Positions 1 through 10,541 are shown, numbered from the stretch's first letter. The stretch is DNA of 64,000 nt from a virus (IMGVR_UViG_3300032319_000936:32001-96000), one strand, 5' to 3'. Translations and numbers: made by a program. The notes: generated by a model from the letters alone, not told the origin.

Positions 1-526
1 TCACGTGATGGGTCTCCATCATTTCTCTAGCTACCTCTTCCGCTATATGAGGTGGCATATCCCTTGTCCAAGCGTAGCTGTAAGGCTGCTCCGAGATAGC
101 TCCTCCGTTTGTATGGATAAGAAAAATAGGTTTTTCCCTTCTCCAGAGCTGTACGCCTCTCTGGACCTGCCTGAAATTGAAACCTAGCTCTGGTAACTCC
201 CCATTGTAAACAAGGTTGTGCATGTTACACCAGCTGTTTATTAGACTTTTTCTTTTGTGGATGTGATCCGTTGTGAAATAAGGCTCTCCTTTAAATATTA
301 ATGAGTCTTTGTCTTTGATAAAATTGGAATAGAAGTGTGGGGTCACACCGATGCGATAAACCTGATACACGAAATCTAGATTTATGTATAGTCCAGGATA
401 GGCGCAAACGACAATTAATTTTCTATCCGGGTGATTGTTTTTTATGCACCTAGCAACTGCTGTAGCTGCTACGTGTTTTCCTAAGCCTCCTTCGAGGTGG
501 AAAATAGAATATTTCTCGCTAGTCAT
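1..526 (-). CDS. Glycosyltransferase, GT9/heptosyltransferase-like (5' part; runs off window start)
   Basis: Manual translation from ATG at 526: MTSEKYSIFHLEGGLGKHVAATAVARCIKNNHPDRKLIVVCAYP...; GGLG motif, open to window edge. Not in the ORF track because it is truncated. Confidence 0.6.
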   Translation of the reverse strand, partial: MTSEKYSIFHLEGGLGKHVAATAVARCIKNNHPDRKLIVVCAYPGLYINLDFVYQVYRIGVTPHFYSNFIKDKDSLIFKGEPYFTTDHIHKRKSLINSWCNMHNLVYNGELPELGFNFRQVQRGVQLWRREKPIFLIHTNGGAISEQPYSYAWTRDMPPHIAEEVAREMMETHHV

Positions 527-564
527 GCATATTATATGAGACTAGAGAGATAAGTTTCTAATTT

Positions 565-3500
565 TTAAGGTACAATATTTAACACAGTACCAAGTCTATA
601 CACAGCTCCACTAGGTAATCCTGCTGCTGATGTTGGTATGTTTGTCAGAGATAGATTTTCAGTAAAGAGTGTTTTTACTCTATTTGCTACGATGTTTTGC
701 CCGAAGACATACACTAAATTATTTCCGTTGTCGCAACTATTCAATCCGTAAACAAAACTATATGCTCCACTTGCGGTTGTACAACAGCCCGATGCGGTGG
801 AAAAATTACCACTTGCGGTTGTTCTATTTCCCGATGCGGTAGATAAATATCCACTTGCGGTTGTTCTATTTCCCGATGCGGTGGAAAAGTTACCACTTGC
901 GGTTGCCCCAACTCCCGATGCGGTGGAACAATAGCCACTTGCGATTGTGCATCTTCCCGATGCGGTGGAATAATAGCCGCTTGCGGTTGTACAATATCCC
1001 GATGCGGTGGAAAAAGTCCTACTTGCGGTTGTGCAATACCCCGATGCAATAGAATAATTACCACTTGCGTTATTACAATAACCATTCAAAACACTTGAAT
1101 AAAAACCACTCGCGCTATTCTGAAATCCGTTACCGATAAACGAATGACATCCCGAATCTACGGGTGTTGGAGCGACTGACCAAGAAGTTCCCGTCCAAGT
1201 TCCTCCTGTAGTATTGTTCGCGTTTCCGTTGACAACAACTCCGTAGTTTGCGTAGGCAGAACAAGTAGAGTTTCCGATGTGATTATAAAGTCCATTGTGA
1301 ACACTTGCAAAACAATATCCACTCGCGGTTGTACATTTTCCCGATGCGGTGGAAAATGAACCACTTGCGGTTGTACATTTTCCCGATGCGGTGGAATAAC
1401 TACCGCTTGCGGTTGTGCAATATCCCGATGCGGTGGATTTACTATTACTTGCGGTTGTGTATCTTCCCGATGCGGTGGAATAATTAGCACTTGCGGTTGT
1501 GCAATATCCCGATGCGGTGGAAAAATAGCCACTTGCGGTTGTGTATCTTCCCGATGCGGTGGAATGAGAATTACTTGCGATTGTGCAGTATCCCGATGCG
1601 GTGGAAAAACATCCACTTGCGGTTGTATTATATCCCAATGCGGTGGAATAATTACCACTTGCGATAGTGCTACATCCCAATGCGGTGGAATATGAACAAC
1701 TTGCGTTTGCGCCATTTCCTGATGCGATAGAGTAGTCACCACTTGCGGTTGTGACACATCCCGATGCGGTGGAATGATTACCACTTGCAGTCACGGTAAA
1801 TCCAGAGGCATTAGCATATTCACCACTTGCATTTACGAATTGTCCAGAAGCCCTAGAAAAATTATTACTAGCATTGGCATATCTTCCAACTAAAACACTT
1901 GAATATGAGCCACTTGCGCCATTCTGAAATCCGTTTCCGATGAAAGAATGATACCCCGAATCTATGGGTGTTGGAGCGACTGACCAATATGTTCCCGACC
2001 ACGTTCCTCCCGTAGTATTGTTTGCATTTCCGTTTACAACCACTCCGTAGTTAGCGTATGCCGAACAAGTAGAATTTCCGATGTGATTGTAAAGTCCATT
2101 ATGAACACTTGCGAAACGATATCCACTTGCGGTTGTGTAAAATCCCGATGCGGTGGAATTATAACCACTTGCGGTTGTGCAATACCCCGATGCGGTGGAA
2201 TAACCCCCACTTGCAGTTGTGTTTCTTCCCGATGCGGTGGAATAATTACAACTTGCGGTTGTGTTTCTTCCCGATGCGGTGGAATAATTACTACTTGCGG
2301 TTGTGAAAACTCCCGATGCGGTGGAATGATAACCACTTGCGGTTGTGCAAAGTCCCGATGCGGTGGAATAATCACCACTTGCTATATTTGTAGAGCCATT
2401 CAAAACAATTGAATAGTTACCACTTGCAGTGTTACAATATCCTCCGCTTATAGTTGAGTGGAGTCCGGTTGCATAGTTGTACTGTCCTCCCCCTATTGAC
2501 GAACCGCAACCACTTGCGGTGCTACCTTGCCCACCACTTACGGTTGAATAATTACAACTTGCAATGTTACCATATCCACCACTTACGGTTGAATTATATC
2601 CACTTGCGATGTTAGCACCTCCACCACTCACGGTTGTGTAATATCCACTTGCGCTGTTACTTTCTCCACCACCTACGGTTGACCTATTACCACTTGCGGT
2701 GTTACGATATCCACCACTTACTGTTGAGTTTGGTCCGGTTGCATAGTTACATTGTCCACCACCTACTGTCGAGCAATTGCTACTTGCGGTGTTACAAAAT
2801 CCACCACCTATGGTTGAATAATTACAACTTGCGGTGTTATAGCATCCTCCGCTTACTGTTGCATAATCACAGGTTGCAGAGTTGCGTCTTCCCCCACCTA
2901 TTGTTGCATAAGGGCCTGTTGCATAGTTACAATATCCTCCACTTAGTGTTGAGGCATATGCACTTGCGGTGTTGCAATATCCACCACTTACTGTTGAGTA
3001 ATTACCACTTGCTGTGCTACAACGTCCACCACCAACTGTTGCGCTAGTACCGGTTGAGAAGTTCTCCCTTCCCCCACCGACTGTTGATCGATTACCTGTT
3101 GCCTGGTTCGATAAACCTCCACTTACGGTTGAGTAATTACTACTTGCGGTGTTACAAAATCCACCGCTTACTGTTGAACTATAAGAACTTGCTGTGTTAT
3201 TAAATCCGCCACTTACGGTTGAATAATTACAACTTGCGGTGTTATAGCATCCCCCACTTACTGTTGCATAATCACAGGTTGCAGAGTTGTGCCTTCCCCC
3301 GCTTATAGTTGAATAATTACAACTTGCGGTGTTTTCTCCTCCCCCAGAAATAGTTGAGGCATATCCACTTGCGGTATTGTGATATCCTCCGCTGATCGTT
3401 GTGGCATAATCACTTGCGGTATTGTAATATCCTCCGCTTACTGTAGAGTATAGGCAGCTTGCGGTGTTATTTCTACCTCCTGATACTGTTGAACAGTCAT

Positions 3501-4068
3501 CACTTGCGGTGTTAGATTGTCCTCCACTTACTGTTGAATAAGCACCCCCTGCTGAATTACCGTTGCCTATTCTAAGAGTACTTTGATTGCCTGTTCCTGT
3601 AGAAAATATGGAAGATCCACCGGATCCTCCGAAAGCAGCTGTCATTCCATTTGAATCTATTACAGCTAATGTTCCATTGTCGAATATTAGTTGAACACCA
3701 GTAGCACCGTTAGGGTCAGCTATAGTGTAAGCGCTTGCTTGAATGCCGTCATTCGGTGCTTGTGATATCTGAGCTGTTCCTATATAGATAGTTGCAGAGT
3801 CGGTGTAAACTGTACCAAAGTAGCCATCCTTCCATCTAAGTGAAGCGGATCCTATATTATAGGTGCTATCCAAAGCAGGCAATATGTCCTGATTCAACTC
3901 AGATAGACCAGTATTAAGATAAGGAAGGGCGGACCAGTTGCTCTGACCGTCTCCTATCTTTAATCTACCTGTGTCTGTAACAAACCCCGCTTCTCCACTT
4001 AAAAGAACTGGTTCATTATAATTCCAGTTTATAAGGGTGTCTCTCCTGAGAAGTATTCTATAAGCCAT
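565..4068 (-). CDS. Tail fibre / adhesin with Mtd/hyaluronidase-type N-terminal anchor and YadA-head-like repeats
   Basis: N-terminus RILLRRDT..NW...PVLLSGEAGFVTDTGRLKIGDG...W..LPY, then many 15-aa (ASxxYSTVSGGxxNT) and 14-aa (ASGxYSTASGxxTT) repeats; GATATATA motif upstream at 4090-4097. Confidence 0.8.
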   Translation of the reverse strand: MAYRILLRRDTLINWNYNEPVLLSGEAGFVTDTGRLKIGDGQSNWSALPYLNTGLSELNQDILPALDSTYNIGSASLRWKDGYFGTVYTDSATIYIGTAQISQAPNDGIQASAYTIADPNGATGVQLIFDNGTLAVIDSNGMTAAFGGSGGSSIFSTGTGNQSTLRIGNGNSAGGAYSTVSGGQSNTASDDCSTVSGGRNNTASCLYSTVSGGYYNTASDYATTISGGYHNTASGYASTISGGGENTASCNYSTISGGRHNSATCDYATVSGGCYNTASCNYSTVSGGFNNTASSYSSTVSGGFCNTASSNYSTVSGGLSNQATGNRSTVGGGRENFSTGTSATVGGGRCSTASGNYSTVSGGYCNTASAYASTLSGGYCNYATGPYATIGGGRRNSATCDYATVSGGCYNTASCNYSTIGGGFCNTASSNCSTVGGGQCNYATGPNSTVSGGYRNTASGNRSTVGGGESNSASGYYTTVSGGGANIASGYNSTVSGGYGNIASCNYSTVSGGQGSTASGCGSSIGGGQYNYATGLHSTISGGYCNTASGNYSIVLNGSTNIASGDYSTASGLCTTASGYHSTASGVFTTASSNYSTASGRNTTASCNYSTASGRNTTASGGYSTASGYCTTASGYNSTASGFYTTASGYRFASVHNGLYNHIGNSTCSAYANYGVVVNGNANNTTGGTWSGTYWSVAPTPIDSGYHSFIGNGFQNGASGSYSSVLVGRYANASNNFSRASGQFVNASGEYANASGFTVTASGNHSTASGCVTTASGDYSIASGNGANASCSYSTALGCSTIASGNYSTALGYNTTASGCFSTASGYCTIASNSHSTASGRYTTASGYFSTASGYCTTASANYSTASGRYTTASNSKSTASGYCTTASGSYSTASGKCTTASGSFSTASGKCTTASGYCFASVHNGLYNHIGNSTCSAYANYGVVVNGNANNTTGGTWTGTSWSVAPTPVDSGCHSFIGNGFQNSASGFYSSVLNGYCNNASGNYSIASGYCTTASRTFSTASGYCTTASGYYSTASGRCTIASGYCSTASGVGATASGNFSTASGNRTTASGYLSTASGNRTTASGNFSTASGCCTTASGAYSFVYGLNSCDNGNNLVYVFGQNIVANRVKTLFTENLSLTNIPTSAAGLPSGAVYRLGTVLNIVP
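760..3540. repeat. Coding tandem repeats (42-bp and 45-bp units) within the tail fibre
   Basis: Recurrent ccacttgcggttg...cccgatgcggtgga (42-bp period) and acttgcggtgtt...ccacttacggttga (45-bp period); a non-repeat block of about 75 aa is present twice (~1090-1315 and ~1890-2115). Confidence 0.9.
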
Positions 4069-4114
4069 TTATTCCGAATTCTTTTCTTGTATATATCAGA
4101 TCGGAAAAATAGGA

Positions 4115-4435
4115 CTATTGATTTTTCAGGAGAAAGTAATTTGAATCTTTTAAATAGGCATATAATCCCTCTAAATCCTTGCAGATTTCTTTCTCGCCAT
4201 CCCAAGCATTCATGTCTTCTCTTAGCTTACCTGATACGTAATCCTTCTCATAAAGGAACCAAGAAAGCCAATCTGCTCCCTCGTCTGTTAGGATTTCACC
4301 CCATAGCATTTCCACTACTCTTTCTAATTCATCGAAGGTATGTAAAACATCAACCTTTAACTCATATAAAGCATGTAACCTCTTATGGTGGTCCACTTGA
4401 AGATCTACTATCTCCTTGAATTTCTCAAATTCCAT
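4115..4435 (-). CDS. Hypothetical phage protein
   Basis: 106-aa ORF in the minus-strand gene run (DWLSWFLYEKDY). Confidence 0.6.
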   Translation of the reverse strand: MEFEKFKEIVDLQVDHHKRLHALYELKVDVLHTFDELERVVEMLWGEILTDEGADWLSWFLYEKDYVSGKLREDMNAWDGEKEICKDLEGLYAYLKDSNYFLLKNQ

Positions 4436-4563
4436 TTTTTTCTAATAGGTCATTGTAAAGAAAACACCAAACGAAAGTGGTGAAAGCAAAACCTGCATAG
4501 CTGTAGTTGCCATCAATAACCCCAGTTATCATTCCGATTATGGATCCTGTATAGGTCAGCCAC

Positions 4564-4905
4564 TTAGATATTCCGTTTATTCCTCGCATCTTGTCTGTCT
4601 TTTATTTCTATTTTTCTTAGAGCATCTGATAGGTCATCAAATCTAAATTCCCTATAGTCTCTATATTTTTTGTTGTAATACTCTATTATTTTACCTAAGT
4701 GATCTCTTAGGTCCTGATATGCCGAGACCTTCCCTAGATAGTAAGATGGATCATTAGAAACCTCAGATAGCTGCTGAGCCTCTTCTATCTCTCTTGAGAC
4801 GAAATCCTCTATTGATTCTACCTGACTTCCGTCTAGAATATCTTTTATGCGATCACCCCAGAAATTATCAAATTCCGTTTTAATTGTTTGTTCTTTCTTA
4901 GCCAT
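4564..4905 (-). CDS. Hypothetical protein
   Basis: 113-aa ORF, tightly packed with neighbours. Confidence 0.6.
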   Translation of the reverse strand: MAKKEQTIKTEFDNFWGDRIKDILDGSQVESIEDFVSREIEEAQQLSEVSNDPSYYLGKVSAYQDLRDHLGKIIEYYNKKYRDYREFRFDDLSDALRKIEIKDRQDARNKRNI

Positions 4906-4908
4906 ATG

Positions 4909-5298
4909 TCAATAATGTAGATCTATGTAAAGATTATCATCATCCTTATATTTCAAACAACTGAAGGCTGGATGATATTGTTCCTTCATTGAGTCCCCTA
5001 ATTCTACAATGTGTTTTGACGGGTCCTCCGTATCATACTTCGGGTGTTCCCCGTTCTTTCTCCTCCGAATTTCCTCTTCCATTCGAATGTTATGGGTTTT
5101 ATTCATTTGATAATGATAGCCCTCCTTTAGTACGACACCCCATCCATTCTTCTCGTAATACCTATCCTCAACTCTTTGTATTAAAACATTCGCATCATCA
5201 GGCAGTTCTGGGTGTTGCTCCAAATACTTTCTTAATTTTCCAACAGTAAGGTAATTCTTATAGCTGCTTAAATCTTCAAGAACTTTTATTTCACTCAT
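4909..5298 (-). CDS. Hypothetical protein
   Basis: 129-aa ORF (LTVGKLRKYL motif). Confidence 0.6.
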   Translation of the reverse strand: MSEIKVLEDLSSYKNYLTVGKLRKYLEQHPELPDDANVLIQRVEDRYYEKNGWGVVLKEGYHYQMNKTHNIRMEEEIRRRKNGEHPKYDTEDPSKHIVELGDSMKEQYHPAFSCLKYKDDDNLYIDLHY

Positions 5299-5611
5299 AG
5301 CATTAATTTTTTTCTTAATATCTTAAGTTCTTCCCTATATGGCTGAAATTCATCTTGGTTGTGAGCTTTATGTCCTTTAGACACTGCCTCAGTCACAATC
5401 ATTTCTAATTCAACAATCCTTGAAATGATTTCTTGCTGCGTCATTTTCTTTTTATTACCCATAATCCAAAATCAAAACATAAAAAATTAATCCCAAAGTT
5501 ATAAGTATTTTCGTAACTCTTGGTTAGGAATATTGTTGGTATCAGAGCGATTTGTTTAAAATCTTCACTCCAGGTTTTAAAAAAGAATGCTGTTATTTTC
5601 ATATTATTATA

Positions 5612-6427
5612 CTAGTCTCTAAACCACCATATATTTCCATCCGAAAGAGCATCTCCGTGATTTATACTACCATAATCTCTGGACTCTTCTATATCGTTTC
5701 TTTCCCAGTCCAACTCTTCATCACCAGATCCAGATATAAGTGCATTCTCGTCTTTTTTAATCTCTTCCCAATTAATCGGTGTCACCTTAGTTTTTCTTCT
5801 CCCCAATTCAGACCACCATAGCTCCGGAGTCATATATGAAAAATCTGGATATATCCTGATCTCACCTGGCTCGTGTCCTGGTGAAACCGTTGCTGGTAAG
5901 TTATAGTACCATATCTTTCTATCTATTTCCTTTTCCGGATCAAGGAAGTTATAAGGATGAGAAGATATTTTTTCTATAATTGCTTGAGCACTCGTTAATG
6001 CTGAATTAAGATCCCAGTTTCTGATAGTGTAAACCTCCTTTCCGTTTGCTGTTATTTTGCAGACCCCAGAGAATCGGAGATTCAATTCTCCCCACTTGTG
6101 CTTTGTGGTGTTTCTCTGAGTGTAATTCACACCCCAGCAAATTCTATGGACCCCTTTATCTATATAGGGAGCTAAAGGTCTTTCCTCTTTCACGCCAGTT
6201 TCTGGATCCGCCTTGCTGTGATCGAGCCACCAAGTTGCTGGACATTCGTTCTGTTTCCCGTATTCGTGCTCATATCCTTCTATATCGTAAACCGGATATA
6301 GCTCGTCCCAGATCATAATATCAAATATCTTACGGAAAGGAATACCTACTGTTTTCTCCTTCTTCTTTCCGTATTTTTCTAAAGCCTCCTTGAGGGTAAG
6401 CTCTCTTTTATCCTCGCTTATTTTCAT
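5612..6427 (-). CDS. Hypothetical protein
   Basis: 271-aa ORF, no recognised motif. Confidence 0.65.
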   Translation of the reverse strand: MKISEDKRELTLKEALEKYGKKKEKTVGIPFRKIFDIMIWDELYPVYDIEGYEHEYGKQNECPATWWLDHSKADPETGVKEERPLAPYIDKGVHRICWGVNYTQRNTTKHKWGELNLRFSGVCKITANGKEVYTIRNWDLNSALTSAQAIIEKISSHPYNFLDPEKEIDRKIWYYNLPATVSPGHEPGEIRIYPDFSYMTPELWWSELGRRKTKVTPINWEEIKKDENALISGSGDEELDWERNDIEESRDYGSINHGDALSDGNIWWFRD

Positions 6428-6428
6428 A

Positions 6429-6776
6429 TCAGTTATCTAGCTCCGTATCATTTAATAATATCCCATCCGTTATCGCTCCGGCTTCCATTAGAAGTTTTAG
6501 AAAAACACCTACTTCTGCATGGTGCAGGGAGATACTTTGGCTTCCCCCTTTAGCCTTGTCAACAAAGAGATCGTACCCTTCTCCGTTTCCCCATTCGGTA
6601 ACTTGATAGTAGTCGTTCTTTTTGGTAAAAACGCAATCCTCAGTTATATAAATGGAATACGTGGAAACTTTCACCTTCTCTAACTCGTATTTTTTAACAA
6701 AATACGGAACGTAATTATCACAAATGTTTTTGGATTTCTTTGACCCGGTGTTTTTTATTTTTATTTTACTTGACAT
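6429..6776 (-). CDS. Hypothetical phage protein
   Basis: 115-aa ORF with QVTEWGNGEGYD. Confidence 0.6.
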   Translation of the reverse strand: MSSKIKIKNTGSKKSKNICDNYVPYFVKKYELEKVKVSTYSIYITEDCVFTKKNDYYQVTEWGNGEGYDLFVDKAKGGSQSISLHHAEVGVFLKLLMEAGAITDGILLNDTELDN

Positions 6777-6801
6777 TTTGTGAAGATTTTATTTGGCACT
6801 T

Positions 6802-7398
6802 TTAATATTTGTTATAATTTAGATCTATTACTGTCTTACTTAGTTTTAGTAAAGCTTCAGTGAAATATTCCTCATTAAATCCCGTTTTGTTTCTCGGAGA
6901 GGACAGAACGTGGACAAAATGGTTTCTCTGCCTGTAGAGCATATCGCTATCGTCATCGATAATAATATAGTTGCCAATACAGGATTTTTTGATAATTTCA
7001 TCTTGGGTTTCTCTATCCCAATTGCAATGGTAGAATTCATTATCTCTCAACCATTTTTCAATTTCGCAACCTCTAGGTATAGTATATCCATTAATATCTC
7101 CTCTGAAGTTTGGTGTTAGACCTATGATTTCTCCGCTCATGCCTTCTAGATTCCAGACCTCCCTCATAAACTCAATCCCGCTATGCCTCCAGGTTGAGGA
7201 TATGACAATCTCTGCACCTGTTTCGTCAATGAGCATATTTAATAGATCCTTGCTTCTCTTACAGAAGCTCTGGTAGTGATCCTTATCCCCGTTCTTTGAA
7301 GTAAACTCGGCATACTGGCACTCGCCAGATCTATAGGCATCCTCACAGTTGAGAACGCCATCGATATCCAGGAATATTATCTTTCTAAGCTTTTTCAT
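6802..7398 (-). CDS. HAD-superfamily phosphatase (Swiss-army-knife RNA-repair type)
   Basis: IIFLDIDGVLN, IVISSTWR, RGCEI, YIIIDDDSDM motifs. Confidence 0.8.
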   Translation of the reverse strand: MKKLRKIIFLDIDGVLNCEDAYRSGECQYAEFTSKNGDKDHYQSFCKRSKDLLNMLIDETGAEIVISSTWRHSGIEFMREVWNLEGMSGEIIGLTPNFRGDINGYTIPRGCEIEKWLRDNEFYHCNWDRETQDEIIKKSCIGNYIIIDDDSDMLYRQRNHFVHVLSSPRNKTGFNEEYFTEALLKLSKTVIDLNYNKY

Positions 7399-7678
7399 AT
7401 ATTGACTCTTCTATCAGTTCTGCTACTAGATCATCAAGTCCCTCTACTTCCCTGAATCTACTTGCTAACCACTGGGGCTCTGCAAATACCTCAACACCAT
7501 TGAGGGTTCCTTTAATATTTGGGTTTATAATCTCAACCAGGAGGAGTCCGACCTTGCCTGAATTGACGATCTCACGAATCGTGTAGTGTTCCCCAAACTT
7601 CGGTGCGTTTAGACAGTGCATATAAACCTTTTCTGGATACCTATCATCTATACACTGTACTATTGTTCCAACTTTCAT
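7385..7678 (-). CDS. Hypothetical protein
   Basis: 97-aa ORF with a CG-N11-TAnnTTAG promoter immediately upstream. Confidence 0.6.
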   Translation of the reverse strand: MKVGTIVQCIDDRYPEKVYMHCLNAPKFGEHYTIREIVNSGKVGLLLVEIINPNIKGTLNGVEVFAEPQWLASRFREVEGLDDLVAELIEESIYEKA

Positions 7679-7690
7679 TTTGCTAATCTA

Positions 7691-8104
7691 TTAATTAACT
7701 CCGGAGTTTCCCTGATACTTTTCAAAATGAAAAACTATGGGTGCTAGGTCCTCTTTAACAAGTCCATATTTCTTGGCCATCTTATACTGAGTGTTTCTCT
7801 CGTTTAGATGTTTCATGTAACCGAGAATAGCTTTTCTAAATTCCTCTAAACTAAAATCGTGCTTGTTAATATTGCACTGAGCACAGGCAGGGAATTGGTT
7901 ATCAATGTGCATCCTTTCGGGGTGACGCATTGGGTTAGTTTTGCTTTGCACGTGTTTACCCTTGCCACGATCGTAATAATAATTCCTTCTAACAGGCATC
8001 ACTTCATCCACGTGCCATCCCCTTTCAGGAAGATCCTCCCCGCAGTAGGCACACTTGCCACCAAACTTATTCTTGATAATTTCCCTGTCCTTCTTGCTCG
8101 CCAT
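7691..8104 (-). CDS. HNH endonuclease
   Basis: KFGGKCAYCG...WHVDE...NQFPACAQCNINK. Confidence 0.8.
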   Translation of the reverse strand: MASKKDREIIKNKFGGKCAYCGEDLPERGWHVDEVMPVRRNYYYDRGKGKHVQSKTNPMRHPERMHIDNQFPACAQCNINKHDFSLEEFRKAILGYMKHLNERNTQYKMAKKYGLVKEDLAPIVFHFEKYQGNSGVN

Positions 8105-8106
8105 GC

Positions 8107-8832
8107 TTACTTATCTAAAACTTCTTTTTTATAATAAGCATCAAATCCTTTTAGCATCTGAGTGATGTTAATGTCCTTGGTTCTTCCTACCACCTCGTCG
8201 ATCAATCCAAATTCCAAAGCCTCGTCTGAAGTGTACCATCTGTCTCTTCTTGAGAATTCTAAAACCTCTTCGAATGTTTTTCCTGAGTTCTTAGCTAGCA
8301 TCTTGAATAGGATGTAGTTGTACTTCTCCGCTTCCATTTGGTCGATTCTAGTGTCCTGCACGTTGCCATGTGTGCCGTGGCTAACCTGGTGCGTCATAAC
8401 CTTAGAATGTATAAGAGAAGATCTCTTTCCTTTCGTTCCTGATGATAGGAGGATGGATCCCATGGAGGCACACATCCCGATATTTGTTGTTGCCACATCG
8501 GACTTAATGTAGTTCATTAAATCGACTATACCCAACCCATGAAGGACAGAGCCTCCTGGGGAATTAATATACAAAGTAATGTCCTTGTTGTCAACCGAGT
8601 CTAAGAATAACAATTGGGCCTGAACTATATCAGACATTCTGTCATCAACCTCTCCAGAGACCCAGAGGATTCTCTCCATCATTAATCGGGAGAAGATGTC
8701 CATTTGAGTTGCTCTCATTTCTCTCTCCTCTAGAATATATGGGGTTAAAGAATTTTGGAAGCTGTCCAACGTCATGGAAGCTATACCGTTCGATCTTGCG
8801 AATTTTCTAAAATCTGTTCCTAGTTTATTCAT
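8107..8832 (-). CDS. clpP: ATP-dependent Clp protease proteolytic subunit
   Basis: MDIFSRLMMERI, YINSPGGSV, GMCASMGS (catalytic Ser), MTHQ (His), RDRW (Asp). Confidence 0.95.
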   Translation of the reverse strand: MNKLGTDFRKFARSNGIASMTLDSFQNSLTPYILEEREMRATQMDIFSRLMMERILWVSGEVDDRMSDIVQAQLLFLDSVDNKDITLYINSPGGSVLHGLGIVDLMNYIKSDVATTNIGMCASMGSILLSSGTKGKRSSLIHSKVMTHQVSHGTHGNVQDTRIDQMEAEKYNYILFKMLAKNSGKTFEEVLEFSRRDRWYTSDEALEFGLIDEVVGRTKDINITQMLKGFDAYYKKEVLDK

Positions 8833-8841
8833 ATTTGTTTA

Positions 8842-9309
8842 TTAAGCCAATTTAAAATTTTTCAAAAAAGATCGGAGCCAAATAATACGGTCAGCTTCTT
8901 TTTCTGTCTCAGCGAACTTCATTTTCCATTCATAATAGGGTCCTATCATTTCAGGTCCATCAAAATCTGGCCAAGCCTCTTTGTCAAATACTCGATCATC
9001 TACCAGGAAAACGAATGCTGTGAGCTGGTCGCCCAGGTCGGGTTCGCTAAATTCGCCAACAGGGATACCTTGCTCTATCATTTCGGTGAGGTAAAGATTA
9101 AGGGTTCCTTCTTTTAGCCTAGTGTTGTTAGTGGTTCCACCATTTAGAATAATGAAGGTCTTATCATTTTTGGCCCACTGCTGGTATTCCTCGTCACGGA
9201 AATGATCGTTTGCATATTCAACTACTGCATGGCCAAATTGAATTCCCTTTTGAATACCCGATAGCTGGTAGTTAACCATACCGTACATCCTGTAATTTCT
9301 GTTTGTCAT
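8842..9309 (-). CDS. Peptidyl-tRNA hydrolase II-like phage protein
   Basis: LSGIQKGIQFGHAVVE...W...KTFIILNGG...F.EPDLGDQLTA resembles the PTH2 pattern (G..AAQ.xHA, W, K..L, D). Confidence 0.5.
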   Translation of the reverse strand: MTNRNYRMYGMVNYQLSGIQKGIQFGHAVVEYANDHFRDEEYQQWAKNDKTFIILNGGTTNNTRLKEGTLNLYLTEMIEQGIPVGEFSEPDLGDQLTAFVFLVDDRVFDKEAWPDFDGPEMIGPYYEWKMKFAETEKEADRIIWLRSFLKNFKLA

Positions 9310-9344
9310 ATCTATTGTATTGTATTTGTACCGGAATTATCCGT

Positions 9345-10541
9345 TTATTTAGAATAAAATTTTCTTCTGATGTCTACCAGGATGCCATGAACTAAACCTG
9401 GATCCACAGAGTCGGGAAGATTTGAGTCAGCAAAGACTGAATCAAGATCTCTGATCATTTTCTCGGACTCGTCAATCAGAGTTTTCAAATCAACCTCTCC
9501 CCTTCTTATGGCCAATAGATCCTGCGCATTCGGTCTTCTAACTAGGATGCCTTCACCCCTACCAATTTCAATCGACATTTCCAGGAGTCTCTTGCAGTGC
9601 ATCATATTCTTACCGTCGATTTTCTGTCCATGTGATTCAACATCCACCCATCTTTGTTCGTTTCTGTTAGTTAACCACTCCTGATAAGAGTTGTAATCTT
9701 TACAGTGCATGGTGTAGCCGTCCTTATTGTAAATGATGTTACAAATAGGTGTTTCAATCCTAGGAATAGAAGAGAGACGTAACTGGTTTGATTCAGCTGC
9801 ATTTGCGCCTTCCCCAGTTTTTACGAGACCTTTGTACCCCAAACCCATTGGTTTACCAGATTCTTTAACCCTTGTCTTATTCAATTCTTTGTGTTCATCA
9901 GCAAGTTTATCTGAAAAGCATGAGTAAGCATCACCATCAAAATAAACAGCATAGACATCTCTAGCATTGGGTACGTTTACAACGCCACAGAACTTTTCAT
10001 CGTAACCTTTGAATTCATTCCATTCTTTCCAAGGTATAGACCTTTCTCTTTCGATTACATAGCAAAAATCCAAAACATCCTTACGGGTAACCTTCTCCTT
10101 CTCCCAGTTCTGCTTCTTGTCTTGACCCCTGGCTTTCTTGATCTGCTGAATTGCATAACCTCCAAATGAGTTTGCACAAACCTTGGAGATGAATTCGTTC
10201 TTTCTTTCTAGGATGGCATCGAAGATTGGGTCCTTATAAATAATGCAGTCCTCGGGTGTGTTAAGAAGTTCCAATATCGTTGGATTGTTGGAAGCAGTGA
10301 GCTGCAGAAATCTTTTGATCTCATAGAACACGGTGTCATTCTTGGAGTCGTTGATCTGCTCTTTATATGCGGTTCCGTAGATATCAGATTCCGTCTGGAT
10401 ATAAACACCAGCATAATCCGTATCTGAAGTTGGTGTTGCAGTTCCATATGCTTGTGATCCTCTAATCACAATAAGAAGAGGTTTAGCCCCTGGACATTTC
10501 TCCTCTATAAAATCCTCAAATTGTTTTTTCAATTCTTTCAT
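9345..10541 (-). CDS. Pol-beta superfamily nucleotidyltransferase (YcgL/T4 NrdC.11-like)
   Basis: GSQAYGTATPTSDTDYAGVY motif, NNPTILELL, DGKNMMHCKRLL. Confidence 0.8.
   Translation of the reverse strand: MKELKKQFEDFIEEKCPGAKPLLIVIRGSQAYGTATPTSDTDYAGVYIQTESDIYGTAYKEQINDSKNDTVFYEIKRFLQLTASNNPTILELLNTPEDCIIYKDPIFDAILERKNEFISKVCANSFGGYAIQQIKKARGQDKKQNWEKEKVTRKDVLDFCYVIERERSIPWKEWNEFKGYDEKFCGVVNVPNARDVYAVYFDGDAYSCFSDKLADEHKELNKTRVKESGKPMGLGYKGLVKTGEGANAAESNQLRLSSIPRIETPICNIIYNKDGYTMHCKDYNSYQEWLTNRNEQRWVDVESHGQKIDGKNMMHCKRLLEMSIEIGRGEGILVRRPNAQDLLAIRRGEVDLKTLIDESEKMIRDLDSVFADSNLPDSVDPGLVHGILVDIRRKFYSK

Noticed and set aside
741-3047. Alternative-frame ORFs with PPHR/PMRW/CGC repeats inside the tail fibre
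   Set aside because: Shadow frames of the 42/45-bp coding repeats; no independent start signals.
760-3540. Regularly spaced repeats as a possible CRISPR array or DGR target
   Set aside because: The repeats are in-frame coding units without unique spacers; no cas gene, reverse transcriptase or template/variable repeat pair is visible.
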